Source: Leptospirales bacterium
GTDB taxonomy: Bacteria > Spirochaetota > Leptospiria > Turneriellales > JAOUFE01
Assembly: GCA_040326155.1 (NCBI GenBank)
Contig: JBEQLE010000087.1
Coordinates: forward strand, 1-16,211
Length of the DNA: 16,211 nucleotides
Direction: 5' to 3'
The notes under the pieces are model-generated. The model was not told where the DNA came from. It saw only the letters and a program-made list of their open reading frames with translations, and did not search any database. A program made the position numbers and the translations under genes. How positions within the stretch are numbered: the first letter of the stretch is position 1; each line of letters opens with the position of its first letter. This document shows positions 8,397 to 16,211 of the stretch, one piece after another.

Positions 8397-9869
8397 ATGA
8401 AAAATTTTCAAAAGCCGTTGCGGTTTATTATTATAATATTGTCTTTGGCGATAACATTTCCTGTTTTGTCGCGACCTTATTTAAAAATTCAGGAACTTTC
8501 TGTGAAAACGTTCCCTGATGTTAAAGTCGAGGTCTCCGTTTCTGATATTACACCAATCGGTGACTTAAACGAGACTCATTTTGAAGTCTATGAAAGCGGT
8601 AGAAAGGTAAATTATATCCAGGTAGAAAGTGGAAAGTTGCAAAAGCAGCCAAAACATCTGGTGTTATTGATTGACGCTTCTCGTTCTTTGGATAAGAGAG
8701 CTTTTGAGTTGCAGATTGCAGCCGTTAGAGCATTTATCGAAGGTTTAAATGAGAATGACAGAGTTGCCATAATCAGTTTTGAAGATAAAGTGGTCGTGCA
8801 TTGCGCTTTTACCACCTCCCGAGAGCAGATGCAAATTTGTATCAATTCAATTCGTCGTGGCGGTATGAACACGGTACTTTACGACGCCGTTGAAGAGGCA
8901 TGGAGTTTAATCGAAAAAAACTCCGAAGAGAGAAATTCCGTTATATTATTTACCGATGGTAAAGAAGAGGGTTCTTCAGTCACGTTAAACGATTTACTGA
9001 CAAAAACCACGAAAGTCAGACTACCGGTTTTTATTGTCGGTACAGGCCAAAAAAGTGAATTAACTGAGCTTGCCCGGTTAAGCCATCTTTCGGGTGGAGA
9101 AATTTACCATACGACAGAAAAAGAGAACATCGGGAAAATATACAAATTACTAAATAGTCTTTTAAATGGTACCTATATTATTCGTTACCGGTCGAATATG
9201 GAACTTTCAGGTTCGGGCGGTTTAACCACTCTTGAAATTCGGTTTCATTCGAACATACTCGAAGACCAGGACATCATGGAGTATTATGCTCCCGCAGGGT
9301 TTTTTCGCAAAATGGTATTTTATACCGGGCTCGAAGAACGCGATTTTCTGGTTTTGCTGGGTCTTTTTGTTGTACTCATAACTACATTCTGGGTGGGGTT
9401 ATCGCTTCGACGGGTGGGACGAAAAATTCCAAAACCCGAGTCGGCCCGAAAAACGGATCATCTGGACCGTATTGTTTTGCCTATGGAAGAAGAGTTTAAA
9501 GTTCCTGTGCAAACCGGCATGGAACCTAAAAAAGCAATGAGTATAAAAGAGCCGCTGCCTGTTGATTATCATCATGCTTATATACTGGAAAAAGAGGGAC
9601 CAGAGACCGGAAAAAAACATAAAATTCGGTGGCATCTTATTACAATCGGTCATGGAGATGAAAATACAATTGTATTGGAAGATTCGACCGTCTCGTATAA
9701 ACATGCCAAAATCGAATGGAAAAAAGGTGTGTTTTATTTATACGATTTAATGTCCGAACATGGGGTGTATCTGAATGGAAAAAAACTTCTGCGTCCCAGA
9801 GCAATTGAAGATTTTGACCAGATTGAAATTGGCAGAACGGTTCTTCTGTTTCGAAGGGCTGCAGGCTGA
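8397..9869 (+). CDS. Membrane protein: signal peptide, VWA domain, TM helix, C-terminal FHA domain
   Basis: MIDAS LIDASRS...TVLYDA...ILFTDG; TM FLVLLGLFVVLITTFWVGL; FHA ITIGHGDENTIVLEDSTVSYKHAKI...DLMSEHGVYLNG...DQIEIG. Confidence 0.85.
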   Translation: MKNFQKPLRFIIIILSLAITFPVLSRPYLKIQELSVKTFPDVKVEVSVSDITPIGDLNETHFEVYESGRKVNYIQVESGKLQKQPKHLVLLIDASRSLDKRAFELQIAAVRAFIEGLNENDRVAIISFEDKVVVHCAFTTSREQMQICINSIRRGGMNTVLYDAVEEAWSLIEKNSEERNSVILFTDGKEEGSSVTLNDLLTKTTKVRLPVFIVGTGQKSELTELARLSHLSGGEIYHTTEKENIGKIYKLLNSLLNGTYIIRYRSNMELSGSGGLTTLEIRFHSNILEDQDIMEYYAPAGFFRKMVFYTGLEERDFLVLLGLFVVLITTFWVGLSLRRVGRKIPKPESARKTDHLDRIVLPMEEEFKVPVQTGMEPKKAMSIKEPLPVDYHHAYILEKEGPETGKKHKIRWHLITIGHGDENTIVLEDSTVSYKHAKIEWKKGVFYLYDLMSEHGVYLNGKKLLRPRAIEDFDQIEIGRTVLLFRRAAG

Positions 9870-10963
9870 TGGAACTTGCCCCTTACGCAGTTTCTGGAAA
9901 AGATTTTTGTGAAAGAGAGTTTAAAGAAACATCGCACCCTTACCGTAGCGAGTTTCAACGAGACCGCGATCGTATTGTCCATTCCAGAGCTTTTCGTAGA
10001 CTTGAATATAAAACCCAGGTTTTTGTAAATCACTTAGGCGATAATTTCAGGACCAGATTAACCCACTCTATCGAAGTTTCACAAATTGCAAGAACAGTTG
10101 CCCGCTCGTTAAAATTGAACGAAGATTTAACCGAGACGATTGCTCTGTCACATGACTTGGGCCATCCTCCTTTTGGTCATGCGGGTGAGAGAGCTTTGCA
10201 CCGAGAGATGAAAGACTTTGGTGGGTTTGACCATAACGACCAGTCTTTGCGTATTGTAACCAAACTGGAACACCGGTACCCTGAGTTTGAAGGGTTAAAC
10301 CTTACCCATGCAACAAGAGTGGGTTTGCAAAAACACTCTAAACTTGTTCAGGGGGTTGGTCACTCGCTGGAAACTCAGGTGGTAGACTTGTGTGACGAAA
10401 TTGCATACAATAACCATGACCTTGACGATGGCATTGAAGCGGGCCATCTGAATATTCAAAAATTAAAAGAGGTGGAGATCTGGAAATTTTGCTGGGAAAA
10501 AGTGAATTCACAATATCCTTCTATAACCGAAAAAATAGCTGTACGACATACAATTCATGAAATGATAAATATAATGGTAACCGATTTAATTGACAACACG
10601 GCAAAAAATTTGAAAGAAAATAACATTACAACTGTTGCCGATGTCTTGTCATGGCCCGAAGAAGAAACAGATAAGCTGGTATCCTTTTCCAGTGATATTT
10701 CTCTCTGGGTCAGTCGGCTTAAAAAATATCTGTTTCAAAACCTGTATAGACACCCCGATGTGGTTGCTATGAATGTTCGCGCCGAAAAGATTGTAAAACG
10801 GATGTTTGAATTTTTTTCCAATAATCCGCACACCATGCCGAATGAATACTGGGAATCTCAGGAGGAAGCTGAGGTGTATCGTTCTGTCGCCGATTTTATT
10901 TCTGGTATGACAGACAGATATGCATTGCATTGGAATAAAATAATTCTTGGCGTCGACGGGTAA
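9869..10963 (+). CDS. dgt: Deoxyguanosinetriphosphate triphosphohydrolase (HD family dNTPase)
   Basis: RSEFQRDRDRIVHSRAFRRLEYKTQV, RTRLTHS, SHDLGHPPFGHAGE, DEIAYNNHDLDDG, DFISGMTDRYA; TGATG overlap with the upstream gene. Confidence 0.95.
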   Translation: MELAPYAVSGKDFCEREFKETSHPYRSEFQRDRDRIVHSRAFRRLEYKTQVFVNHLGDNFRTRLTHSIEVSQIARTVARSLKLNEDLTETIALSHDLGHPPFGHAGERALHREMKDFGGFDHNDQSLRIVTKLEHRYPEFEGLNLTHATRVGLQKHSKLVQGVGHSLETQVVDLCDEIAYNNHDLDDGIEAGHLNIQKLKEVEIWKFCWEKVNSQYPSITEKIAVRHTIHEMINIMVTDLIDNTAKNLKENNITTVADVLSWPEEETDKLVSFSSDISLWVSRLKKYLFQNLYRHPDVVAMNVRAEKIVKRMFEFFSNNPHTMPNEYWESQEEAEVYRSVADFISGMTDRYALHWNKIILGVDG

Positions 10964-11013
10964 AACCCCGCTTTGCTTACCGAATTGCAGAATGGATGCC
11001 GGATTATATTTAA

Positions 11014-12225
11014 TTAATTGCTGATTTTTATCATTTGAATTTGTTGTTTAAAATAATTGATCTCTCTTTCGTATTTCTTCTTTTTCTTGTCATTCGCTTT
11101 TTTGAGAGCGGTTTCATAGTAGACTAGCGCCGCTTTGTAGAGATTGCTTCTTCTGTCTTTATATCTGTCAGAATCCCATTTGGACATATGGTCGCCAATT
11201 TTTCTATAGAGAGCGGCGATTTTCTCGGTATCGACGGGAATCAGCGTTCCGTTATCATAAGAGAAATACTTAAAAGCGGTTGCTACCTGCTCTCTTCTGC
11301 CGTTAGGTTTTTTAAAAGAGAAAACAATTGAAGCTCCCTGGTAAATTGCCAGATGAATAATCTTTTTATCTTTAACATCTGGAGTAATTTTTTTCGTAAT
11401 ATTGTAGTTTTTTCTTAATTCTTTAAAAATCCTTTCTGCTCTTTTCGCGCAGTTTTTTATGTCGGGGTCATAGTATGTTTGCAGTAGATCATTTTTTTCT
11501 ACTCCCCCCCATGAAATCTTTTCACAATCGTCGTTGTTAATTCTTTTATTTAAGTTAATAATACCAACCTGGAACATTGCCTTATACAGGTTTTTTTTGT
11601 ACTGTTCTTTTTTCTCGGGCTCGTCTGTTTCTTTTGGTTTGCCATGTTGAATGGCTCGAATATAAAATTGTTCGGCTTTAACAAACTCATATTTTTTAAA
11701 GGCTTTATCAGCCACTTTTTCACAGGCAGCGAAAGTTTTGCAATTGACTTCTTCTGCTGTGTTTTGTTTTAGAATTAATTTCTTGAGTGCGCTAATTTTT
11801 TTGTCGCTCAATAATCGAATGGTATTAAAACGTTCTTTGATATTCTCGTCGTCCCAGATCTTTATTAACTTTTGGTAGTCTATGGACGTTGCAGCCGTAA
11901 TTTTAGATTCCGAAAGATAATGTCTGAGCAGGTATTCGTGGTTTTTTGTGGGAGGCAGTTCCAGAAGGCTCAATGCAGCGTAATAGTTATTTTCAAAATC
12001 TTTCGGGTTGTAGTATTTTGCTTTACGAAAGTCTTTAAAAGCCTGAGTGTAATTTCCCTGTTCGTATTTTTCTTTTCCTTCTTCAAACCAGCTACTCGAA
12101 TCGTTGGCAGTTATTACAGGTTTTTTTATAACTATAATAATTGTAACAATAGCAATAATGCAGGCGATAAATACGCCAGGGTATTTATTTACAATCACTT
12201 TTAATTTTTGTAACAGCTTTTTCAT
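11014..12225 (-). CDS. Membrane-anchored TPR-repeat protein
   Basis: N-terminal TM (VFIACIIAIVTIIIVI); TPR-like WFEEGKEKYEQGNYTQAFKDFRKAKYYNP and ADKAFKKYEFVKAEQFYIRAI; Lys-rich. Confidence 0.7.
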   Translation of the reverse strand: MKKLLQKLKVIVNKYPGVFIACIIAIVTIIIVIKKPVITANDSSSWFEEGKEKYEQGNYTQAFKDFRKAKYYNPKDFENNYYAALSLLELPPTKNHEYLLRHYLSESKITAATSIDYQKLIKIWDDENIKERFNTIRLLSDKKISALKKLILKQNTAEEVNCKTFAACEKVADKAFKKYEFVKAEQFYIRAIQHGKPKETDEPEKKEQYKKNLYKAMFQVGIINLNKRINNDDCEKISWGGVEKNDLLQTYYDPDIKNCAKRAERIFKELRKNYNITKKITPDVKDKKIIHLAIYQGASIVFSFKKPNGRREQVATAFKYFSYDNGTLIPVDTEKIAALYRKIGDHMSKWDSDRYKDRRSNLYKAALVYYETALKKANDKKKKKYEREINYFKQQIQMIKISN

Positions 12226-12245
12226 GTTATAATATTTCGTTTATT

Positions 12246-13220
12246 TTATTTACCCGTTGTCGGTTCTGTTTTTTTCGGGGGAGCCTTATTGAAAACTTTT
12301 TTGACACCCTTGTCAAGTTTACCAAAGCCCGCAGCTGTTTTATTGTAAATGTATTCGTCAATTCGGTCGGGCATCGCGTCGTCGCCTTCTATGTAATTTC
12401 GGACGCGCGTATATACTAAATAGAGTATGCCGTAGAAAAAAAGAGGTGTAACTATAAACATAATCATTAACGTTCCCAGATGTTTAATGGCAGCGGTAGT
12501 CATAATATCGACTGAACCGTTTATAGCGGCTTTAAAGGACTCCAACTTATTTACGAACATGCCTTTTTGTTTAATTTGGACATCCGTAGTTATGCCGTGG
12601 CTTAAATCGTTTGTCTCAAGTTTTAGAATTCCAATTTTTTCATCAAGGTCCATCGAGGTGTCCATCGCAAATTCATCGAACATTGCTCTGGATGTATATA
12701 TAGTAAAAGGCATTGCTATGTATAAAATTAAGCCGGTGGCAATTAACAAAAGGCCCAGTTTTCGCAGCATTTTTAGGTTGAAAATACTGATGCCGATAAA
12801 AAAAGCTCCGACAGGGGCAAGTATTTTTAATGAAATATATTTAAAAAATTTCAACAACACCATTTGCACGGTAATAGAAACCATAGAATAACCGAAGAAC
12901 TGCCAGATCGCGTCTATTGTTTGTTCGATGGAAATAAATATTTTTCCAATGTCACTTTTAACGACAACTAAATTTAACTGCGTTGAACTTATAATCGCGA
13001 GAATTCCTTTTACAATGCTTAAACTCGCAAAGTATTTTGTCGCCATACCGAAAGAAGTTTTTAAAAAATCGTCATTGCCCGCTTGAATTTTATCCAGAAA
13101 GAAAACAGTGTCGAGAGTGGATTGTAAGACACCGTTTAAACACAAAATAATAATGAGGGCGGCGAACGCCCCCGTGAGGGACTTTCGACCCAGCGGAGTT
13201 TTTATCAAGTCTTCCATCAT
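12246..13220 (-). CDS. Uncharacterised multi-pass membrane protein
   Basis: 324-aa ORF with several hydrophobic segments; 20 bp upstream of the TPR gene, probably co-transcribed. Confidence 0.75.
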   Translation of the reverse strand: MMEDLIKTPLGRKSLTGAFAALIIILCLNGVLQSTLDTVFFLDKIQAGNDDFLKTSFGMATKYFASLSIVKGILAIISSTQLNLVVVKSDIGKIFISIEQTIDAIWQFFGYSMVSITVQMVLLKFFKYISLKILAPVGAFFIGISIFNLKMLRKLGLLLIATGLILYIAMPFTIYTSRAMFDEFAMDTSMDLDEKIGILKLETNDLSHGITTDVQIKQKGMFVNKLESFKAAINGSVDIMTTAAIKHLGTLMIMFIVTPLFFYGILYLVYTRVRNYIEGDDAMPDRIDEYIYNKTAAGFGKLDKGVKKVFNKAPPKKTEPTTGK

Positions 13221-13250
13221 AATATTTGTTCGTAAAAAGATATACTACGT

Positions 13251-13278
13251 ATTAAAAATGTTTTAATTAAACTGTCAA
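13251..13278 (-). promoter_or_regulatory. Putative sigma70 promoter for the membrane protein/TPR operon
   Basis: Minus strand TTGACA (13278-13273), 16-bp spacer, TTTAAT (13256-13251); spacer contains the palindrome TTTAATTAAA (13262-13271). Confidence 0.45.
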
Positions 13279-13343
13279 TACAATTTAATTAATTTTGTTT
13301 TATTATATTTCATAAAAAATTACGGGTAACTGACACTTTCCGA

Positions 13344-13736
13344 ATGCTGGTTCAGGATGCAGACTTATCAATCATCTGCACCAGCACCGATTTACATGTC
13401 CCCGGTGTGACAAAGCTGAATTCTAATCGTGTACAAAGTGTCGACAACCAATTTGTTGATAGTTTAATCAACGGGGGAGTGACTCGATACTATAGAGTAT
13501 CGGCTGTGGACGCTAAAGTCGAGAGCGAACTCTCAGTAGAAACCAGCGGCTTCATGTCTCCTGTTCACGAAGACGTTATAGACTGGAACAAAAAAATTGA
13601 TGGAAATCAATATAACGACGAAGCGGTAGGGGTCGCTATAGATTCTAACGACAATGTTTATGTAATCAGCAACAGCGATGACCTGGGCGGCGACTATAGT
13701 GGAGCGGATAGTTGGATCAAAAAATATTTTCATTAA
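13344..13736 (+). pseudogene. Fragment of a surface protein: FN3-like domain plus one SBBP/beta-propeller-like repeat
   Basis: PGVTK...GVTRYYRVSAVDAKVESELS (FN3 end); WNKKIDGNQYNDEAVGVAIDSNDNVYV...DSWIKKY (single propeller blade). No signal peptide or RBS; in-frame stop at 13290 upstream. Confidence 0.55.
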
Positions 13737-13750
13737 AAGAAGTCGTGGTT

Positions 13751-13777
13751 AAAGGGGCTTAGCGCGCCCCCTTTTTT
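13751..13777. terminator. Probable (possibly bidirectional) intrinsic terminator between convergent genes
   Basis: AAA-GGGGC-TTAGCGC-GCCCC-C-TTTTTT. Confidence 0.6.
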
Positions 13778-13785
13778 ATAAAATA

Positions 13786-14166
13786 TCACGAAACAAAATG
13801 TGCTGTTAAGATCTTCAATTTTCCTTCTATATCGAGCACATGATAAACCCATTTAATCTGACCTAACACTGCGTTGTCGGGTCCGAACAAATCAAAAGTG
13901 GCGTTACAGATAATATTGCCGCCGGCAAATTCCTGGAAAGAGGTAACTTCGATGTCGGCCTTTTTCAATTGTATCGACTCGAAATAATCCAGCGAAGCCT
14001 GCTCAAATTGTTGTAATTCAGCGGGGGTGTTTAAACCGGTGACGGGACTCCCAGCCTTGGCGATGATGCATGGATAGTGAAAAAACTCGCTGATTTTTTC
14101 TATATTTGCTTGCACAAAAGTTTTTTTGTAATCTTCGAAAAATGCTGCAATTTTGTCTTTGGGCAT
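13786..14166 (-). CDS. NTF2/SnoaL-like fold protein
   Basis: IAAFFEDYKKTF...ISEFFHYPCII...WVYHVLDIEGKLKILTAH pattern; AAGGAG RBS supports ATG 14166 (MPKDK). Confidence 0.7.
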   Translation of the reverse strand: MPKDKIAAFFEDYKKTFVQANIEKISEFFHYPCIIAKAGSPVTGLNTPAELQQFEQASLDYFESIQLKKADIEVTSFQEFAGGNIICNATFDLFGPDNAVLGQIKWVYHVLDIEGKLKILTAHFVS

Positions 14167-14688
14167 TGTATACTCCTTAATCATTTGTATGACGCATGAC
14201 GTATATCACGAACACATACTCTGCTGCAAGTTTTTTTTCGAAATTGCACAATTTGTCACCGATATCGCTTAAATCCCCGTCATGTGATACTTTATGGCCA
14301 AAATCTTTAGGGGCTAGCACGCCCCAATGTCATTAACTTAAGGTTTTTATATATACACAGGATTTAGATTATTGATAATGTCGAATGAAAAAAACTCATT
14401 GGACTATTTACGAAAAATCCAAGCCTCCATAGGGGCGCCAAATATGAACTTTACTTTCGTGACAATATTTTCTCTAGCTCTAAAAAAAATAAACCGTTCC
14501 ATTGAAACCCCTATGAGGTCTTTTATGATATACCACCGATTGCATTTACGTTTTGAATTTGCCCTGTTAAATCGTTTCTCTTTTACTTTGTATTGACACT
14601 GCACCCCGTTTCTAATATTTGGGATGTTATATGTACGTTCAGCTGACGTATTTAAATAAATAAAAATTAAAAAAATAAGGAAAATTAG

Positions 14689-16023
14689 ATGAATTTAAAC
14701 TCTACTTTAAAACGCTTTCTGATACTATTCATTTCTATAAGCCCAGTGACGTTATTTGCCATATCATGTGGTAATAAAGTTCTGGCTACTTATGATGGTG
14801 GAGAAGTTACCGAAAAAAAGCTAAATGAAGCTATTGAAATATTAAACCTGGGTGAGCAAAAAATGCAACCTGAGATGAAAAAGGAACTCGCTAAAGCAAT
14901 TGCTTTATGGGATGTTCTAAGCAAAAGGGCGACTGAGGAAGGTATCGATAAAACCGACAGAGCGTTAATGCATCTTGATCTGGTTAAAACCAACCTGGCC
15001 CGTTCCGTTTTAATGGATATGAAACAAAAAGAAATTAAAGATTCCAAAGAGATGGTCTATAAGGCGCGTCATATTTTATTAAAAGTGGATTCATCACGAG
15101 CAATAGCCGGCCCCGATGGTAAAATTGAACAAAAACAACTTACTGCGGAAGAGTTAGTCGCACTGGATAAATCTTCTTATGAGCGTTTAGTCAGTTTGCG
15201 GGCAGATATTCTTTCTGGTAAGACCAAGTTTGAAGACGCCGCTTCACAGTTTTCTCAAGATGGTTCAAAAGCTAAAGGCGGAGACTTAGGTTATTTTACA
15301 AAAGGTATGATGGTTGGAGCTTTTCAGGTTGCCGTTGAATACCTGGCCGAGGAAATCGATGGTATTCCAGCCCGTGTGCTGGTTAATAATACCGCAATTT
15401 ATACGGAACCCAATGCACAATCTAGTCATAAAGGTACTCAAAACATTAACAGCATTGTATTTATCGATGAGGACTTTAAAAACGAAAAATGGAAAAAAGT
15501 AATACTTGATAATGATACAGGTTATATTCCAAATACTACTGTTCAAATTTTGGAAGATTCTAAAAAAGTTTCCTATCCGGTTCGTAGCCAGTTTGGTTGG
15601 CACATTATTGAAGTGACAGAATCAACTAAGGTTACTAAAAAAGGATTGGCTGCAAAACTCGAGCAGAGTTTGTTAAATGATATACCTGATGATAAAAAAG
15701 ATGACGCTGCGGAAAAAGCTGCGGAAGAAAATGCGAAAAGAACTGCAGATGACTTTTGGAAGCGAGTAAAAAGTGTCAGAAGCATGCAATGGCAAAAAAA
15801 GTCATTTTCAAAATACGGTATTAATGGCGATGAAATTGCTTTACCAGCGAATTGGCAGGACCAGGAATTATTGCTTAATACGGAATTAATTAAAATTAAA
15901 AAAGCGGATGTTGTAAAACAGCTTACTGATATTGTTAATGAGAGACACATGGATTTGAAACAAGTCCTGGAAGAAATCGATGACGAACAGGCATTGATTG
16001 TTCGAGAGGAGGGAAGACAATGA
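14689..16023 (+). CDS. PrsA/PpiC (parvulin)-type peptidyl-prolyl isomerase lipoprotein with an SH3b-like insertion
   Basis: Lipobox LFAISC (Cys27), VLATYDGGEVT, KARHILL, FEDAASQFSQDGSKAKGGDLGYF, MVGAF, VSYPVRSQFGWHII; AAGGA RBS. Confidence 0.85.
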   Translation: MNLNSTLKRFLILFISISPVTLFAISCGNKVLATYDGGEVTEKKLNEAIEILNLGEQKMQPEMKKELAKAIALWDVLSKRATEEGIDKTDRALMHLDLVKTNLARSVLMDMKQKEIKDSKEMVYKARHILLKVDSSRAIAGPDGKIEQKQLTAEELVALDKSSYERLVSLRADILSGKTKFEDAASQFSQDGSKAKGGDLGYFTKGMMVGAFQVAVEYLAEEIDGIPARVLVNNTAIYTEPNAQSSHKGTQNINSIVFIDEDFKNEKWKKVILDNDTGYIPNTTVQILEDSKKVSYPVRSQFGWHIIEVTESTKVTKKGLAAKLEQSLLNDIPDDKKDDAAEKAAEENAKRTADDFWKRVKSVRSMQWQKKSFSKYGINGDEIALPANWQDQELLLNTELIKIKKADVVKQLTDIVNERHMDLKQVLEEIDDEQALIVREEGRQ

Positions 16024-16211
16024 CCATTCAAGAGATAGAATCCATCAATAAAGCATCCAGTCCTGACCCGGAAGAAGAACTGTACCACTTCCTGTTCGAC
16101 TTAGCCCTGCAATCCGGCCTCGTCAGCCTGGACGGTAAGAGTACTGCCATTGACCTGAGTGACCCGCGTCTTCAAGACCAGATTCAGCGTTTAGCTGAAC
16201 TCACTGGCGTC
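16020..16211 (+). CDS. Partial hypothetical protein running off the right edge (not in the ORF track)
   Basis: GAGGAGG RBS and ATGA overlap with the previous stop; 64 open codons MTIQEIESINKASSPDPEEELYHFLFDLALQSGLVSLDGKSTAIDLSDPRLQDQIQRLAELTGV. Confidence 0.65.
   Translation, partial: MTIQEIESINKASSPDPEEELYHFLFDLALQSGLVSLDGKSTAIDLSDPRLQDQIQRLAELTGV

Noticed and set aside
9869..10963. dGTPase as an anti-phage nucleotide-depletion system
   Set aside because: Conventional Dgt sequence in a housekeeping-type operon with lepB; no defence-island neighbours.
14473..14485. Minus-strand TTTTAGAGCTAGA resembling the Cas9 repeat/sgRNA scaffold
   Set aside because: Single 13-nt AT-rich match, no repeat-spacer array, no cas genes; consistent with chance.
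14372..14604. Two overlapping short ORFs (74 aa +, 66 aa -)
   Set aside because: No clear RBS, no family motifs, mutually antisense in AT-rich intergenic DNA.
14593..14621. TTGACA promoter for the PPIase gene
   Set aside because: Good -35 but no convincing -10 at 16-18 bp spacing (TATTTG at 17 bp); too weak to call.
2112..16088. Many antisense or alternate-frame ORFs in the track (e.g. 2112-2336, 3466-3942, 4588-4920, 12487-12891, 15573-16088)
   Set aside because: Shadows of well-supported genes on the opposite strand or another frame.

Overview
Bacterial chromosomal segment, tentatively Spirochaetota/Leptospirales-like (inferred from a spirochaete-style lipobox and a Leptospira-style attC-like repeat). 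The first ~1.7 kb is mobile-element debris: a 3'-truncated group II intron RT/maturase, an intact RelE/ParE-type toxin-antitoxin pair with its own promoter, a degenerate attC-like repeat, and a degraded tyrosine-recombinase fragment (TPHHLRH) missed by the ORF track and abutting the nadE stop. Next is a minus-strand operon oadG-oadA-oadB (Na+-translocating decarboxylase) plus a split NAD synthetase (stand-alone nitrilase/glutaminase + NadE), with a structured GC-rich leader. A divergent plus-strand operon follows: class II cytochrome c-like protein, lepB, VWA-TM-FHA protein, dGTPase. The right part has a TPR protein, a membrane protein, an FN3/SBBP fragment, an NTF2-like protein flanked by two similar hairpins, and a PrsA/PpiC-type lipoprotein with an apparent SH3b domain inserted inside its parvulin domain. 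The window ends in a GC-shifted partial ORF. No CRISPR array, tRNA or rRNA was seen. All calls come from reading motifs by eye; no searches were run.
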